Of a DNA stretch of 64,000 bases, positions 1 through 14,877 are shown piece by piece; the first letter of the stretch is position 1, and every line of letters begins with the position of its first letter. A program made the position numbers and the translations under genes. The notes under the pieces are model-generated. The model saw nothing but the letters and a program-made list of their open reading frames with translations, made no database searches and had not been told where the DNA came from. The DNA is from Lytechinus pictus. Taxonomy: Eukaryota. The stretch spans positions 34,536,001 through 34,600,000 of the forward strand of contig NC_087245.1 in the NCBI RefSeq assembly GCF_037042905.1, in the 5' to 3' direction.

Positions 1-2741
1 ATCCTCAATCATTGATTGGGACAATGAATGATGACGTCATCATTAGTGATGGATTTACATCAATAATGAAAAAATATAAAACCTATTTTTATTGAATCAT
101 TAAAAAAATGATTTATCTTATGTAAGCCACACCACTTGTATCATTTCTTCAATCGTGTTTCACATTATGAATAATTTACTTAAAAATTAATGAATGATAA
201 CATAAATTTAATCCCAAATTTGTTTTAGACAATATTGAGTTTTGGTAAGAATCTTAATTTTAAAGGTTTGCATTTATTTTCCAGATGATTATAATGGAAC
301 GGCTCGGAGGATGCGATCCAAAGTATGATATTTTTAGTAGAAATTTCGAATAAAAGTATTACATTTTTTTTAATCTGCGAAATAAACATAGGCAAAACCG
401 GGGTGATTTCATCGTGAACACGATCAAAGCATCACTACTGTTTCGTGTTTTTTTTTTGCACATTTTATTTTTCTCCCTCTTCACCTCACAAATAAAGTTC
501 AAAGATACATTTTCTTCAGCTTTCCTTTTAATCTGTGTGAGAAGACACAAGCCTCCCCTCCCCCACCCCCGGGATCATAAGATTTGGTTCGGAAGGGGTT
601 TGCAGCTGAAACCTTCAAACCTATACCTATTTTAAGGGCATTTTGAAGGTCCAAGGCCCCCTAGCCGCCCCATATAATTATGATCGGTATATTTTAGACA
701 TGGAGCGAGGCAATGGCGGCGTCATGGCTGACAGCTGTTAGCGATTGGTGGGGATCGTCCTATAAACTAGAGGCCCTATATGAAATGATTTGCGTTATGA
801 ATTAAAAGAAATAAATAGCTTACATTCCTTTTTTTCTTCAAATAATTTTGTCTTTATCCTTCACTTTTCTATTTCGTTCCAGTCCAATTAATATTGAGTT
901 TTCGTTTCTCAAAAAAAAAATAGAAGAATGGTAAACATGGCAAAGTTAAAATGACATCACTGAGAAAAGGGGAACAGATAATTCCTTTTACCAACGAAAT
1001 ATCGATCTAAAATTGTGATGAATGACGAATCGAAAATTGTCAACCGTTTTAAGAAATCAATCTAATTGACTATAGAAACGTCCTTAAATTTCATGAATAT
1101 CTGGATAACAACATCATAGAGATCTAAGCGTTCTTGATTTTGTTTATCTCGATATAACTCGCTAAATAAAATTAATTATATCTTAAGTTAAAGTTTCATC
1201 ATTAAGTTTTAATACCATAATGTATTAGTATATGAAACATCACATATTACCTATCTGAAATCGGACTAAAGCAGATTCGCGGATTCGCTTTAAAGGTATA
1301 TGACGGAAGCTACAGCAAACAATTATTTCATGAGAAAGTCTTTTAGATCATGCATGGTTTATTGTCAAAATATATTTATCATACATCTAGATCTGGTACA
1401 TGTAAACTTATCTTTGTAAAATGTTGAAGTCTTTTTCGATAATTCTGATGATCATTAGCACGGAAAAGCATATGTTGGACAGTGTATGAATATTGCTTCG
1501 AAAAATACCCGACATTTGATGGAATTCCGTGCTTATTTTGCTCATTTTTCAGCAATTATGCATTTTCTTCTAGAGCTATGTGGCACATATTTTTTTTTAT
1601 TTATCCATACAAACACTTTGGTGGTAATTTCATTGGATTCTGTTCGAACTCATTTTAAAATCGTTACCACAACTGGTATCTTTAAATCTGTATGTAGAGC
1701 TAAGCTTCATGTAAAACGTCACGTAGACTCGTGGGTGTGTGATAATAACGATTGACTATTCAAGCAAACTTAACTCGAATATGAAATGAATTTGGTCCCG
1801 TTATTTCTCATATAAGCTATTGTTTGCTACTGAATTGTTCCATTTGCCCGACATCACTTTCAATAGATGTTTTGATGGAATCTCTCTTTTCAGCAGTTGG
1901 TTTTTCATGCTGTATAAAGACCTTTGAAAAGGGTGTATACCGGGTGTATAATTAGCAGGTTATATTCATAATAGGGGTTTGTAATGTACCCTATGGGGGG
2001 AATTAACAGTAACACACTCATGGGTGAAGTGAGATAGAGTTGGCCGGGATTATGAACATATATAACTTTGAATAACTTTAAGACAAAACTTAAGGAAAAA
2101 TTTACGTCTGGTCCCTAAATTTTGTTTAACAGTTTTAGTTGTGCGATGATTGGTTTGACGACTTATTTTCTGTTTCAAATGATATACTAGTATTTTATAT
2201 AAAGTTGCCCTTTTTTTGTCCCCCCTTTCCCCTTTTGTTTTCCCCTTGTTTTGTATTGTACTCTGTTTATATAAGTTTTTTAATGTATTATGTATTTATT
2301 GTTTATGTCACGGTGCACTCATCACAAACTGTGCTTTCTAAGTTGCTACCTCCATTGTCTTGTTCAAGTTCTTGAAATGTATTGATGCTTTTATCGTTGG
2401 AAATATATGTACTTTCATTTATATAAAAATACGTATCTATGTAAACAAATCACAAAGTTGCCACGTTGTAACCCTGTCGCAATAAACTTGAAGAAACCGT
2501 GATCCTCCGTAAGCTATAAATCTTGAAATCCATTGAATAGTTACAGCTAGCTATATGCATGCTTCTTTCTCCATGGTTTGATTGGATGGCGTTGTCAGAT
2601 ATAATATTGTGGAATATAACTCAATGGCAGGCCTACATCTTTTAATATCAGGGGGTGTACTTTGTAATATACAACTGGGTTTGAATTAACGGTGGATGCG
2701 GTATTATATTGGCACAATTTCTGGTGGGGATGGGGGCACTC

Positions 2742-3044
2742 CACTAGCGTACCTACGGGGAGGCAGAGGGGGCAGTCTGCCCCCCTGACGAGCCACAACC
2801 CATGCAAAGAACGTATCCCTGCCACCCCCTGATGAACTTGAAAGACCTTTCTTGCCCCCCCCCCCCCTGACGAGCTTGAAGACCTTGTGATTGAAAACCT
2901 TTTTTTTTTTTTTTTTTTTTGCTAGTCAATTTTGTTTCTGGTATGAAATCCTTTATTTGTGATTGAAGACCTTTTTTTGTTTGCTTGTCAAATTTTTGGG
3001 CGGACGGTTTTGCCCCCCTGTGGAAAATCCTAGGTACGCCACTG
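2742..3044. mobile_element. hAT-type MITE (CAGTGGCGTACC termini)
   Basis: Termini CACTAGCGTACC and GGTACGCCACTG; 8-mer GATGGGGG at 2729-2736 and 3045-3052; related copy at 31881-32145. Confidence 0.8.
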
Positions 3045-4558
3045 GATGGGGGTCTGTCTGTCTGCCTGCCAATAAACTGAGCAGGTTTGTTTTCTATTTT
3101 ACTGTATACCATGTATTTCACATTACTTATTTACTGTAATACATGAATATTCTCCACGATATACTCAAGCGATATTATTATCCCATTTCACCCATGATCC
3201 TTGAACTACATTCATTGCAAATCCACTCGTCTAAACATGCACGCACATATTGACTTTTTTTTTTACAGGTACCGCGTTCCTTTCTGTTTGCTCGAACTGG
3301 CTCGAACATTCAGAGCAATAGAAAGTTGTCATTACATTGCCTCGACTGAAATTTCCGCCGCAATCATATTTAATTTGCCGGTTTTTATCTTTGTCAAGCC
3401 GGCCGGGTCCCTGGATGAGTTCTGCCCAGGGTAGCCGTAGTCCCATTGTGTGGCAGCTGTTGAAGTGGCGTACCTGGTTTCAGGGTGCAGGCACTAGGTC
3501 TTTAAAGGATGCAGAGATAATTAAACCGTCTTCCTCCCCTTTAACCGTGTAATATGGTACCTCGTAGAAGTACCATTATACCGGGTACCTTGTGAGATTA
3601 ATGTCGCATTAAGCAGCCTGTTTCCAATGTACGTAGCCTTTATTTATAGATTTGGAAGTTGGTTTAAAGCAGATCTACATATTAACAGAGAATGGTGTTT
3701 TATCCGGGATAGATAACGAGAAGTATTATGGGCCATTAAGAGGTGAAACCTCAATGCGTGTTTTCAGGAACGAAATGTGATCGAGAATAATTTTAGTAAT
3801 TACTACTTAAAGTTCGAATGAATGATAAATATAGGTGATTTCGAGGTTTCGACCTATAAGGCTCATCCCGTTATTAACCCATCAGTGCAAAAAAGCTTTA
3901 CAATGTGCCCAGCATGGCCCTGGGAAGCGGAGGGTGTTGGAAATGGGGTTGACAAGACAAATAAAAAGTTGTTGCTTCCAAATGGAGATGGACTGAGATT
4001 TCTGAGCAATAACCTTTCTGCTTGTCTGTTTGTTTATTGTTTTTGTTTCTTTGGGTTTTTTTATTGCCTGTCAGTTTCTTTAACGACAACCCCCTGAACA
4101 CCCCCTATATAAAAATCGTTACCAGGGCCCTCAACCAGCCATTCTGCTATTGTTTGGTTTTATACCGTAACTCCAAAATCTATCCAGGTAACTGTTACCT
4201 GATTTATCGGAGTGGAACTGCAAGAAACGACAGGAGTGTAGGTGATATCCAGGCATTGGCGGCGATTTCGTGATTTTGGGGGACCAATCGTGGGGGGGGG
4301 GCGAGACCAAGGAAAAAAGGAGGAGAAAGAGAAAAAATGAAGTGAAAGAGGGTAAGATAAATATGATGTTATTTTCTAAAAACAATATCAAAATCAATCA
4401 CAAAATTAGATTTTCATTATAAAAAGGTGATATTTTTGCGGCTCGCTTCATTCGCTTGGGACTTTTGTCGCATAAGCCATGTCCCTTGTTGGTGGAGACG
4501 GCCCTTTTCCCGAAGGAGAATGTACAAAATTCCCACGGGGGCGCCGCAATTTACTAGT

Positions 4559-4875
4559 GGAAGCGTCGTGGTGTAGCGGTTTTGATGATTCGCGCCTTGC
4601 AATCTGAGGGTCATCAGTTCGAAGCCTATATAGCGTCCTTTAGCAAGGCGTTAATCCACACTTTGCCACTCTTCACCCAGGTGTTAAATGGTTACCCGGT
4701 AGGATGCGTATGCCTAGCAATTGAGTCTGAGAACTCTTGTTGGAATACTCCTCTGGGAATGGAGAAAGTTCATACATTGTATGCGGGCATGCCAGCCTAG
4801 GATCCGATTCCCGGGCTGATACTAATTGCACTGTTTAAGCGCTTTGGAACATAAAATGAGAAAGTTATATATAGG
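4559..4875 (+). mobile_element. tRNA-derived SINE with CORE-like central domain (degenerate)
   Basis: A-box-like TGGTGTAGCGG, B-box-like AGTTCGAAGCC, then cttcacccaggtgttaaatggttaccc shared with the copies at 22.5 and 51.2 kb. Confidence 0.7.
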
Positions 4876-5211
4876 ATTGAAAGGTTCTGCTTCATGAAAC
4901 AGAGGTATGCATAATAATTATCACCGGTACATACATGATGGAAAAACAATGTCTCACACTCAGTTATTTCATTTTTTTTTTAGATTACAAATATTTCACC
5001 CCCTCCCCCGGGTGACATAGCCTAAGCATGATTTGAATTCTCATGGAACATGAATCATTATCACTACAGCTGCTTTATCATCTCTTTTTTTTCTGATGTG
5101 AAATGTTTGACATTTTGAAATACCGATTAAATAGTGAATTTGCACAGTTCGTATGTGACACCATTCGTTCCCTCATCATTCGCATACCGACTGTCATGAT
5201 CGTGTTCTGCG

Positions 5212-5500
5212 TACTGTTTAAAAAAAAACGTGATTTTACAGGGGAAAAAAGAAGACTTTGCAGAAAGCAATAACAGAATCATTATGTAAATTCATAAAAC
5301 AGGAATTTTTCTGCAATTTAACAGAACAGGTCTGTTTAAAAAGTGGAAAAGTGTGTTTTATTTAAGGAAATTTGTAAGATTCCATCTATACACCAAATAC
5401 AAATTTCCTGTAAAATTACGCAATCTGGTAAGATTACAGGTGTTCTCGAGACTCTGCTGCAGGAACGTCTTTTATTTTAAGGATAAATTTTTTAACAGTG
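5212..5500. mobile_element. Short non-autonomous DNA transposon with CACTG-type termini
   Basis: tactgtttaaaaaa ... ttttttaacagtg inverted termini. Confidence 0.55.
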
Positions 5501-6876
5501 TAATAATCACGAGTGTTGTGTGAAACTAGGTTAAAGTTCAAAATGTCTGTTTAAAAATCATATTTTCAGGTTTTGCTTGTTATTTCCTTTCCTTTTATCA
5601 ATTGAATTTGTTGAATGTACGCAAATGGCCTTTAAACAATACATATGAGATACTCTCAAGATTATTTTGATAATTTTGAAGTGTTATTTCCGTATTTCTC
5701 TAAGAACTAGGTCTTTTCCGCTTCATTCATCTTCTCCATGATCACCCGTCATGCTCTTCAAACTCACCGGTCGGGAAACATTATTTACAGGCCTATACAC
5801 ACGCATAATATGATAATGTTTGCAGCTATTTGGGCCGATTAAAAAAAAAAGTTATTGAAGTTAGAAAATCTGTGATCAGAGGCGCAATTAAAATAAGCAA
5901 AACTAGAAAACCATGAGGAAAAGGTAAACATGGGGGGAAATAGTAAACAAAAATACTTCAAAGTTACTTTACTCTCGATCATCACGCTAATGAACAACCG
6001 AAGTATATCATGTATATAAGTATCCAAAATTGGAAGAGCGATATCAACTGTATCTCCACCACCCCTCATTCCCCTTTACCATTATATAACAAAATACATA
6101 TTTTACACCTCAAGACCATTTTCGAAATAATAATGTGCCTCCCAAACCCAGAACTAATTATTGCAAATGCACATTTTTTTCTATAGGGGGACTAAGCTGT
6201 TTAACAGTATCCCAGATAATATTCGTAATTGTATGACCTTAAATTCTTTTGAATCAGCGTTTTCATATTTGAGACTTTGATTATTTTTTTCTGGGGGAGG
6301 GGGTAGTTGAGTGGGAGTATAAGCAAACTGATAGTGCATTTTTTTTTCTTGTTCTTGTTCTTCTTTTTTCCTTTCTTTTCTACCTTTTATTTTCTTTCTT
6401 CCTTCCTTTTCTTTTTTTCTTTTCTTTTCTGTTCTCATGTTCCTCTCCCTATGACTCTCTCTCTCTTTCATTTGGTCCCCATGGAAGACTATCTGCACAC
6501 ATAATCGGTGCAGCTGAATATGGGTTATCCAACCGTCTTTTGTCTTTTATCTTTTTGGTTTAGTCTTTTGTCTTTTAACTTCCTTAGCATGTTCAAAGCA
6601 TTATTGTTTAAATCAATGTTTAGAATTTATTTCATTATGTAGGTTTATGCTACTCTTTGTGTCTCTTTACATGTATATATTGTTATGTATTTTTAATGAC
6701 GGAAATAAATACAAACAAATCCCCTTCATTTTTGTCAGATGGATGCTGGAAGGATGGGATTCATCCTGCATGGTTTCAGATGTAATTGGTAGGACGCATT
6801 TTTTTTTTTTTGCTCAAACGATGTGGGGGGGGGGGGGCTATTTACTAATCTAATGCAGTTCACTATCCACAGGGAC

Positions 6877-7180
6877 TAATTGCCATTTCGTCCAGTCAAG
6901 ATTTCGTCTCATAACCAGTTGGTCAAATAGCCATTTAGTCCATTTTGTTTTGATCGGACTATGTGTTAACTGGGCGAAATGAATGGGGGAAAATGAGTAT
7001 TATAGACCAACTGGTTGTGAGACAAAATGGTCATATATGAACTGGTGATTAGCCGAAGTGCTTATATGAGACCAAATGGTTATTGGACCAAATGGTTGTT
7101 AGACACGAAATATTAATGGATGGAGAGAAGGTAGGCCATGTGATGACTGGACGAGTTGGCACTGGACGAATTGACAATTA
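6877..7180. mobile_element. Unclassified MITE-like repeat with internal ttcgtcca/tggacgaa motifs
   Basis: TIR taattgccatttcgtccagt / actggacgaattgacaatta; related sequence at ~16555-16760 and ~32914-33302. Confidence 0.65.
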
Positions 7181-7245
7181 ACGGGGGGGGGGGACTTTTA
7201 CCATTATTTCGTTGAGCATGTTGAGTGGGCATGTCTAAACATTAA

Positions 7246-7817
7246 AGGGATGGTCTGGGCTGAAAATATTCATATCTTAATACATAGAGTAGAATTCACT
7301 GAGCAAAATGCCGAAAATTTCATCAAAATTGGATAACAAATAATAAAGTTATTGAAGTTTAAAGTTTAGCAATATTTTGTGAAAACAGTCGTCATGAATA
7401 TTCATTAGGCGGGCTGATGATGTCACATCTCCACTTTCCGTTTTCTTATGTTATTACATAAAATCGTATTTTTTTCATTATTTCATACTTGTGTGAATAA
7501 TATGTCTCCCTTATAATGAAATAAGTTGCAGCAATAAATATCTAATGCACTAAATCAGTTGTCAATCCAAGTTTTCTAGTTCTTGGAGGAAAAAATTTGA
7601 ATAAACCTAACTTCATATAATAAAATACAAAAGAACAAGTGGAGATGAGCCCACCTAATGAATATTCATGACGACTGTTTTCACAAAATATTGATTAACT
7701 TTAAAATTCAATAACTTTGTAATTTGTTATCCGGTTTTGATGAAATTTTCGGCATTTTGCTCAGTGAATTCTATTCTATTTATTAAGCTATAAATACTTT
7801 CAGCCCGGACCATCCCT
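7246..7817. mobile_element. Kolobok/T2-type MITE, family A copy 1
   Basis: TTAA on both sides; termini AGGGATGGTC / GACCATCCCT; long imperfect TIRs; inverted relative to the copies at 43977 and 63221. Confidence 0.88.
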
Positions 7818-9518
7818 TTAATATTACTATCTATGCATTTAGTTATAACCATCATAATTATTTCCTAACCAGTTAAGGAGTTACAGCTTTTGTTGAAAGT
7901 CATTGGAGGTTATTGTGTATGATATACTACTATTATGATGATGAGTCAATTGTGAATAACAAATAAGATAGGTAAAGACCTTATTTCCATGAAGGCCTAC
8001 ATCGTAAATAATAATTTTGCGAAATATGATTCGTGCCGGAGGAAATGGCTTGGTTTCTATCATTTCCCGTGTACGTGCGTGATTTGATGTTTGAATCTTT
8101 ATCTCTCAAACAAAAGTCACATCGTCCAACGATCTGATTTCTATAAGCCTAGATGATTTCGATAACACAGCTGAATAAATATTTTATTGATAAAAATCAA
8201 TGATTACGTTTGTCGTTCAGGAACTTAAAACTTCACGGGAAGGTAAAGGTATAGTGGGTAAATGAGGGGGAGTAGCAGGGGATGGGGGGGGGGGGTAGAG
8301 AATTAGGATATTCACGAAATGTCACTTTCACGGAATATGATTAATTTCCTTGTGTTGATCTGACCATGGCGATGATCTGACTGATCTGCTTATTTGACTG
8401 AAAATCGGTCTGGAAAACAGATTTATTTTTGCTGGTAAACCTCTTTTCCATCGAAAAGCCGGCCGGCAAGGCAAAAAAAAAAGTTCGGGCACCGGCACGA
8501 CGGCCTGTTTAACGTCACGTAGTCAATGTTGGTTTATCATTAGATCCAGGTAAGAACGTGTGCGACGTGTGTCAACATAAAGTATGAAGAAAAAAATAAA
8601 TGATTGCTTTGTATTACTACCAAATGTCTCTTCAGACTTTGGAACATTTTAAAGAAAACTCACTAGTCAATTCCATAGAATATTGTCGATTGCTTACGAA
8701 TTATTTTCATGATAAATTTGGGGGAATTTGCCGAAGAATATATAATATAGATTGGACGCTCAAGTTCTGACAAATGACACTGTTAAAAATGAAATTACTC
8801 AATAAAATTGAGGCAAAAAGTTTGCCTTATTTTTTTCTTCAAGTATTTATAAGTTTGGCAGTTTAATTAAAATTTACTTATTTTCTTTGCATCCATTTTA
8901 CTCAAGTAAATTGAGGTACAACAACTCAATTCAATTAAGTAAAACAATCACTGAGATAAAAAAAACAATAAAAAAAAACAATGGGGAGTGTACTTTCGTG
9001 ATTTGGAAGTCCACTCCCCCATCGTCCCACTTCCAGTGGCATCATTTTCATCTTAGACATCTTTTATCCAAATATTAGACTTTATGCATTGTCACTTACC
9101 TGTATATACATGATAGGTACTGACATTTATATTTTATACGCGACCGGTTCATCCTAACAAATAAAACAGTGAGAATAATTATTAACATTTTCCGAAAACC
9201 TATTATAAAAAGAAATCTGAAATTTTCTGATGAGTGAATATTTGATTTTGCTCTTTCTTTGATTCAACAAAAGAATAATATATTTTGCACACCCTAAAAA
9301 ATCCAAAACAATTTCAAACACAAATAGATATGACAGTTATTTAAAAATCTTAACAATTACTTGCTATTAATGCATATTAAGGTATTAATTAAATAAGGCG
9401 TTAATTGGAAAATATAAGTACATTCAACATGATTTCATAAGTAATAATTATCTTTGCCTAATTGAATCAAGCTAGAAATACGTGAATTTTCGTAAATGTA
9501 CATTGAACCCAATAAACC

Positions 9519-9763
9519 GGGCATGGTGGCTCAGTGGTAGAGCGTCCGCATCATGAACGGGAGGTCGTGGGTTCGATCCCCGGCCGAGTCATACCAAAGA
9601 CTTATAAAAATGGGACCTTCTGCCTTCTTGCTTGACGTTCAGCATTTAGACTGGAGAAGGGTAATAATAACATATTATGTTATGCAGGGCCCGCTGGAAG
9701 AGCAGTCTTATGATTGAAGTGGCTACCCTGGGTAAATAAAACGTTATTATTATTATTATTATT
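9519..9763 (+). mobile_element. tRNA-derived SINE, well preserved
   Basis: A box TGGCTCAGTGG, B box GGTTCGATCCC, body, LINE-like 3' end and (TTA)n tail; degenerate relative at ~19335-19510. Confidence 0.85.
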
Positions 9764-11797
9764 AAATCAAGTAAATTAAAAGACAAGTTAAATCTACTGA
9801 AAAAAAATCGAGAAATAATTACAAATAATAAATTCTACTTATGTAACTTAAGCGTTAACTACTGATTCATAGATTTTTTTACAGGGAATATACTGTACAG
9901 GAAACTATTACATTAGTGAAATAAACAAATTTACAATGAGATATGGAGTGAAAATATACATTCCTGATGTTTGGAATGTAAATCATCTGCATTGGTTATA
10001 TGTCGATGTATAGGTATAATTATCTTTTTAATTATTTTGTTATTGTTTTGAAATAGCCGGCCCCTGTACTATATCACACGCTTTATGTATAATTCAATTA
10101 TCAGTCTTTGTCAGTAGGCCTATTATTTAACTGCAGGGCGCCTTTGGAAAGCAGTTTTGCATAACTGAACAGGCCTATATACCCTACAGTATAAAATAAA
10201 TAAAACCAATAAATGAATAAATAATTTATCTCTTCAATTGTCACAATTGAAATGTATTCATTTATATCATTTTCAGTATGTGAGCTTGTTAATTTATCAT
10301 TGATTTTAGTGCAGAAACCCCTGAAAAAAAAACCACATTAAATGAATAAAATGTTATTAAAGGAACCGCTTAATGTCTGAACTCTCGTTCCCAATGAAGG
10401 ACATGAAATGCGAGACTAATCACGCACGGTGTATGAGGTGTTTGTTGGTAGTCCTTGTGTGACGTCGTATTTGTATAGGTCTCTGAGAGTTTGTTCTTTA
10501 CAAACAATCTTATGTTTGGCCAAGGACTGTGATGGGACTTATGTACATACACCGGTCGACCTTTTAGCTCTTACCATGGTGTTCCCGTCAAAAACAACTT
10601 TAATCAACTTTGCAGCTATTCTTGAATTACGTGTAATTTTGAATGATCAACATGTTTCGATACGCGATCATTTCTAAACCTATAGTGAAATGCTTTGCAG
10701 GGTATCGCTTAAGAATACATGGTAAGAAGAATACAGAGACAATTAAATTTATTCACATACATTTACACAGTCAATTATTGATAAATATGAATAAATAACA
10801 GGAGAATGCATATGATAGATTGATAAAATTATTCATAATTAAACTTTAAAAAAGTAAATGGTTATTACAAAGAATTCACAATTTTTGCTAAGCATGTATA
10901 TAAATTAAACGTTAGAGAATTTTCAAATTATTTTAGTTATGATTTGTAATATTTATTAAAAACTTCGAAGGATCACAATGAGATGGGGAGGAAAACAAGA
11001 AAATAATTGAAAAGAAAATAAAAGGACCAAAATAAGAGCATAGGAGATCTTTTTTTTTCGAATGAACTATTGCATCACAATACTTTTTTTGGGGGGGTAT
11101 CGTCTAAATTTTACCCATCATTCCCCCCCCCCCCCTCCAAATACTCACGCACCACCCCTTCTCAGAGGGATATCGTGGATATATATATATATATATATAT
11201 AATTCATACCAATAATATCCAGTTCACGAATGAGTATCATAATACATGTAGTACATATTGGCCTATACAAAATCATACACACGCCAACACGGATAGCATC
11301 GTTTGTGCTTTTGACCGGGGCTTTTGACTGCAGCAGTTTGCCATTGTTATGCACATGTACATTCGTATCCTGTATAAATAACGCCGTGGTATGGCGCTTT
11401 CCAAGAAAATCTCCCCGCTGGCAATGCGAAATGTGTACACACAGTTCTGAGAAATCCACCCGACTGACTGTCACATCCATTTTCTCAGATTCTAGGAACT
11501 GTTAAATGCCGTTTTCGATCACTCCACGATCCCACAATCATAACTTCGATAGAGCGTATTATTTATGTAAAGTATAACTGTTCAAAACCAAACAAGTTCA
11601 GATGTACATGTATTTACTTCCAGTCTATAAGTTATTCAACATTGAATGATCGCAAAATTTCATACAAAGTTTCTATATCTAGTATTCAGGGGAAATCATT
11701 TATACAAGGAGGATTTTATACAGGGAAGAAGGTGCCCTAAAAAAGACAATGGTTTGAAATGGACATGTCATTCGGGGCTATTGTACAGTATATGAAT

Positions 11798-11822
11798 ACT
11801 AAGACTACTGCTGCTGCTGCTG

Positions 11823-11869
<47 letters not shown>

Positions 11870-11904
11870 TCTATTACTACTACTATATACTACTACTACT
11901 ACTT

Positions 11905-11941
<37 letters not shown>

Positions 11942-12030
11942 TACTACAACAACAACAACTACTACTACTACTACTACTACTACTATTACTACTACTACTA
12001 CTACTACTACTATTAATAATACTACTTCTT

Positions 12031-12072
<42 letters not shown>

Positions 12073-12177
12073 TGCTCCACTACTACTTTGTTTTATTTCA
12101 TATCAACAGAACAAGGTAAAGTGGTCGAAAGTAATTACAATAACATTTGCAAATGAAATGTATACAAACAATATAAA

Positions 12178-12209
<32 letters not shown>

Positions 12210-12250
12210 TTACTATTACTACTAATACTACTACTTCTACTACCACTACT
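11798..12250. repeat. (CTA)n microsatellite, two blocks
   Basis: Direct reading; source of the poly-T/Y/S ORFs. Confidence 0.97.
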
Positions 12251-12959
12251 CCTTACTTTCCTTCCAAAAGTGGACTCTTTGCCACTTGATCTACCTCACC
12301 TTTACACAATCAATTTCATTCAAATGGTATGATATTACGCCATTATCCTTGTTCTAGTTCACATTGTCACTCTATTTCACAGCATAATTCATTGTTATAC
12401 TAGTTATGATAACAAAGACAGTGAAAACATTTGAAATATGATTAACTAAAACATTTTTCCTTACTCTCAGATATCATAAATACAAGTCAAGCTAAATCAA
12501 GAAAGTTTATTCAATTATTACTCTTCGGAAGAAAAAAAATCCGAAACAGTGTGAACAAGATCTGCTGACCGAATACACAATGCACTATTCCATTCATAAT
12601 GTTAATATGTTATCACAAATGGAATTCGACACCGGTCATCCCCACGGAGGGGTCAGTCAAGATATAATGTGACGCCACGATCAGGCATTGTTGTCCACTT
12701 AGCGCGCCACGTGATCAGATCCTCCTTGGGGCTTCTGGGAAGTGATTGTGATCTACGTCATATCCGATGAGCAGTGATTGGGGCATTGGAGGATGAGAAT
12801 AAGCATTGATCTATATAACTCATCTTGAATAAGAAGATGAGTGGAGCCCATATGATATATATATATATATATATATTGCCTTTTTATTTCATCGATTTAA
12901 ATTCTTTCATTTTTTACTTATTTCTTCTATTTTTATTTCTTCTTTATATATTTATGTAT

Positions 12960-13130
<171 letters not shown>

Positions 13131-14877
13131 CTTCCTTTGTTTTTGTTTTTTCTACTTTTATTCATATTTCTTCTATTTTCCCATCCGTCTTTCCTTATTT
13201 CTATCTTTCGTTCTTTTTCTTTTGCTTCTTTCTTTTTTCTATTTTTTTCTCAAATTTCCCATCTTTCTCATTTTATTATTTCTCTTAAGGTCAAATTCAC
13301 TGCCAAATCAAACGTGTTTTGAGTGCACTCTACACTTCCTTCATGAAATTTGTAAAAAAAAATGATTGATGTCCTTTTTAAGGAGATTTTAACACTGCAC
13401 TGGGAAATATTTTCTTTTAAAGCATATATAACGTTGTTTGAGACCTTAAAAAGAGATTTATTAGATTGAAAATACCAGAAATAATGTATGATGCGTGCTT
13501 TTGAGCTGACTTTCATTCTTCTTCATTTGAATTACTCCAGTGTTATATGAATAAGTAATTGAAATCGCTTCATTTCAGCCTCTCCGTTCATCAAAATGAA
13601 AACCTCCATTTCTTTGCTTATGAATGCTGTGACGTCAATGATGAAGTAATCAGAGCTATAATTAGTTGTAATAGATCGTCTAGCGATACCTAATACTGAA
13701 TTAAAGCAGAAGGAAGAAGATTTTTTAAATACCCCGCTCTTGGTTGTATCATGGAGGTCCATGCTTAAATTCAATTGTTAGATTTAGGTGTAGTGTTTGA
13801 CAACTCTTCTCTTCGGTGTATGGTCACGCATACTATACTTTTTTATGTTTTGTTTTTTCCTCACTCTAAATTGATAAAATATTACATTTTAAATCACTAC
13901 ATCCTCGAAAGAAATCATAATTGGCAGTCCAACCTCTAACCAATAATTCCCAACAATACTTCCGAAATAAATGGCTCGTAATATAATTTGTTTCGTATTC
14001 CTAATTTAAGGTTTAAACGATAAATATTATACTCAATTCGTCCGCATCCCCAAACCATGCAAACTGGACCAAACTGTTCGGCCGCCGCGCTCGATGGCGC
14101 AACGTGACTTTTTTTTAAAAGCTGAGCGAGCAGAAAATTCGACCTTTTCAAGACAAAAACTAATTCTTTGATAGATTCACATTGATAATCAAACCCTTTT
14201 CCTACACTTTCATTTTCTTTCCTTTTCTCTTTTTGTCTTGGTCGTAGAACCTTGGGTGCCATGGTACCACCCCCCTCCATCTGTACACTCGCGATGTGGC
14301 ACCAATAGACCCGGGACCCTGAATATTTTTTTGAGTGTATACAATGATTTAATTCATATAGGTAAATCCATCGTCACGACCCCGAACATAATATATGCTC
14401 CTGTTCAAAAGCCTTCACCGACCGTCTCCGAGTCCAATTTACAATCATAAATGAGCAGATGAGCGCTGGAAGGAGACTATAAATGGCGCCGCTATAAGTG
14501 CGGGTATTCTAGTTTGTACAATATACCACGGATTGAGATTAGTATACTCACCCTATTACAGATATACCCCGGCGGAGGACCTCAAGTACCTCATCCCATG
14601 AGACAAGATTTGAATGTCATTAGCTTACCATTGCTCCAGATCAGGAGTTCATGCATACAATATCAACTGCGAATATTGGGTTAAAATGGTAAAATGTGAC
14701 ACTTTGAAAGACAAAGAACTCCATGCAGGCTAAAAATGATCTGATTTGAACAGACAGAGAAAATTCAGACAAATAAAATACTGAAAATTTGAATTGAATT
14801 GAATTGTTTTTAAATTGAATTGATTTTATTTAGACAAGTTTAAAATAACTTGTCTCGGGAGCCAAAAAAAGTGTTAA

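Noticed and set aside
1294..1681. Complete TTAA-flanked MITE
   Set aside because: TTAA occurs on both sides but the termini do not match as inverted repeats; at most a partial relic.
9519..9592. Functional tRNA gene (CAT in the loop)
   Set aside because: The acceptor stem does not close and the sequence continues into a SINE body and tail; the same holds for the heads at 4559, 19335, 51133 and ~30860-30900 (-).
285..10730. Scattered exon-like AG...GT segments (285-322, ~6740-6781, donor at 8550, ~10701-10721)
   Set aside because: Could not be joined into a recognisable reading frame; such sites occur by chance. A spliced lncRNA cannot be excluded without RNA data.
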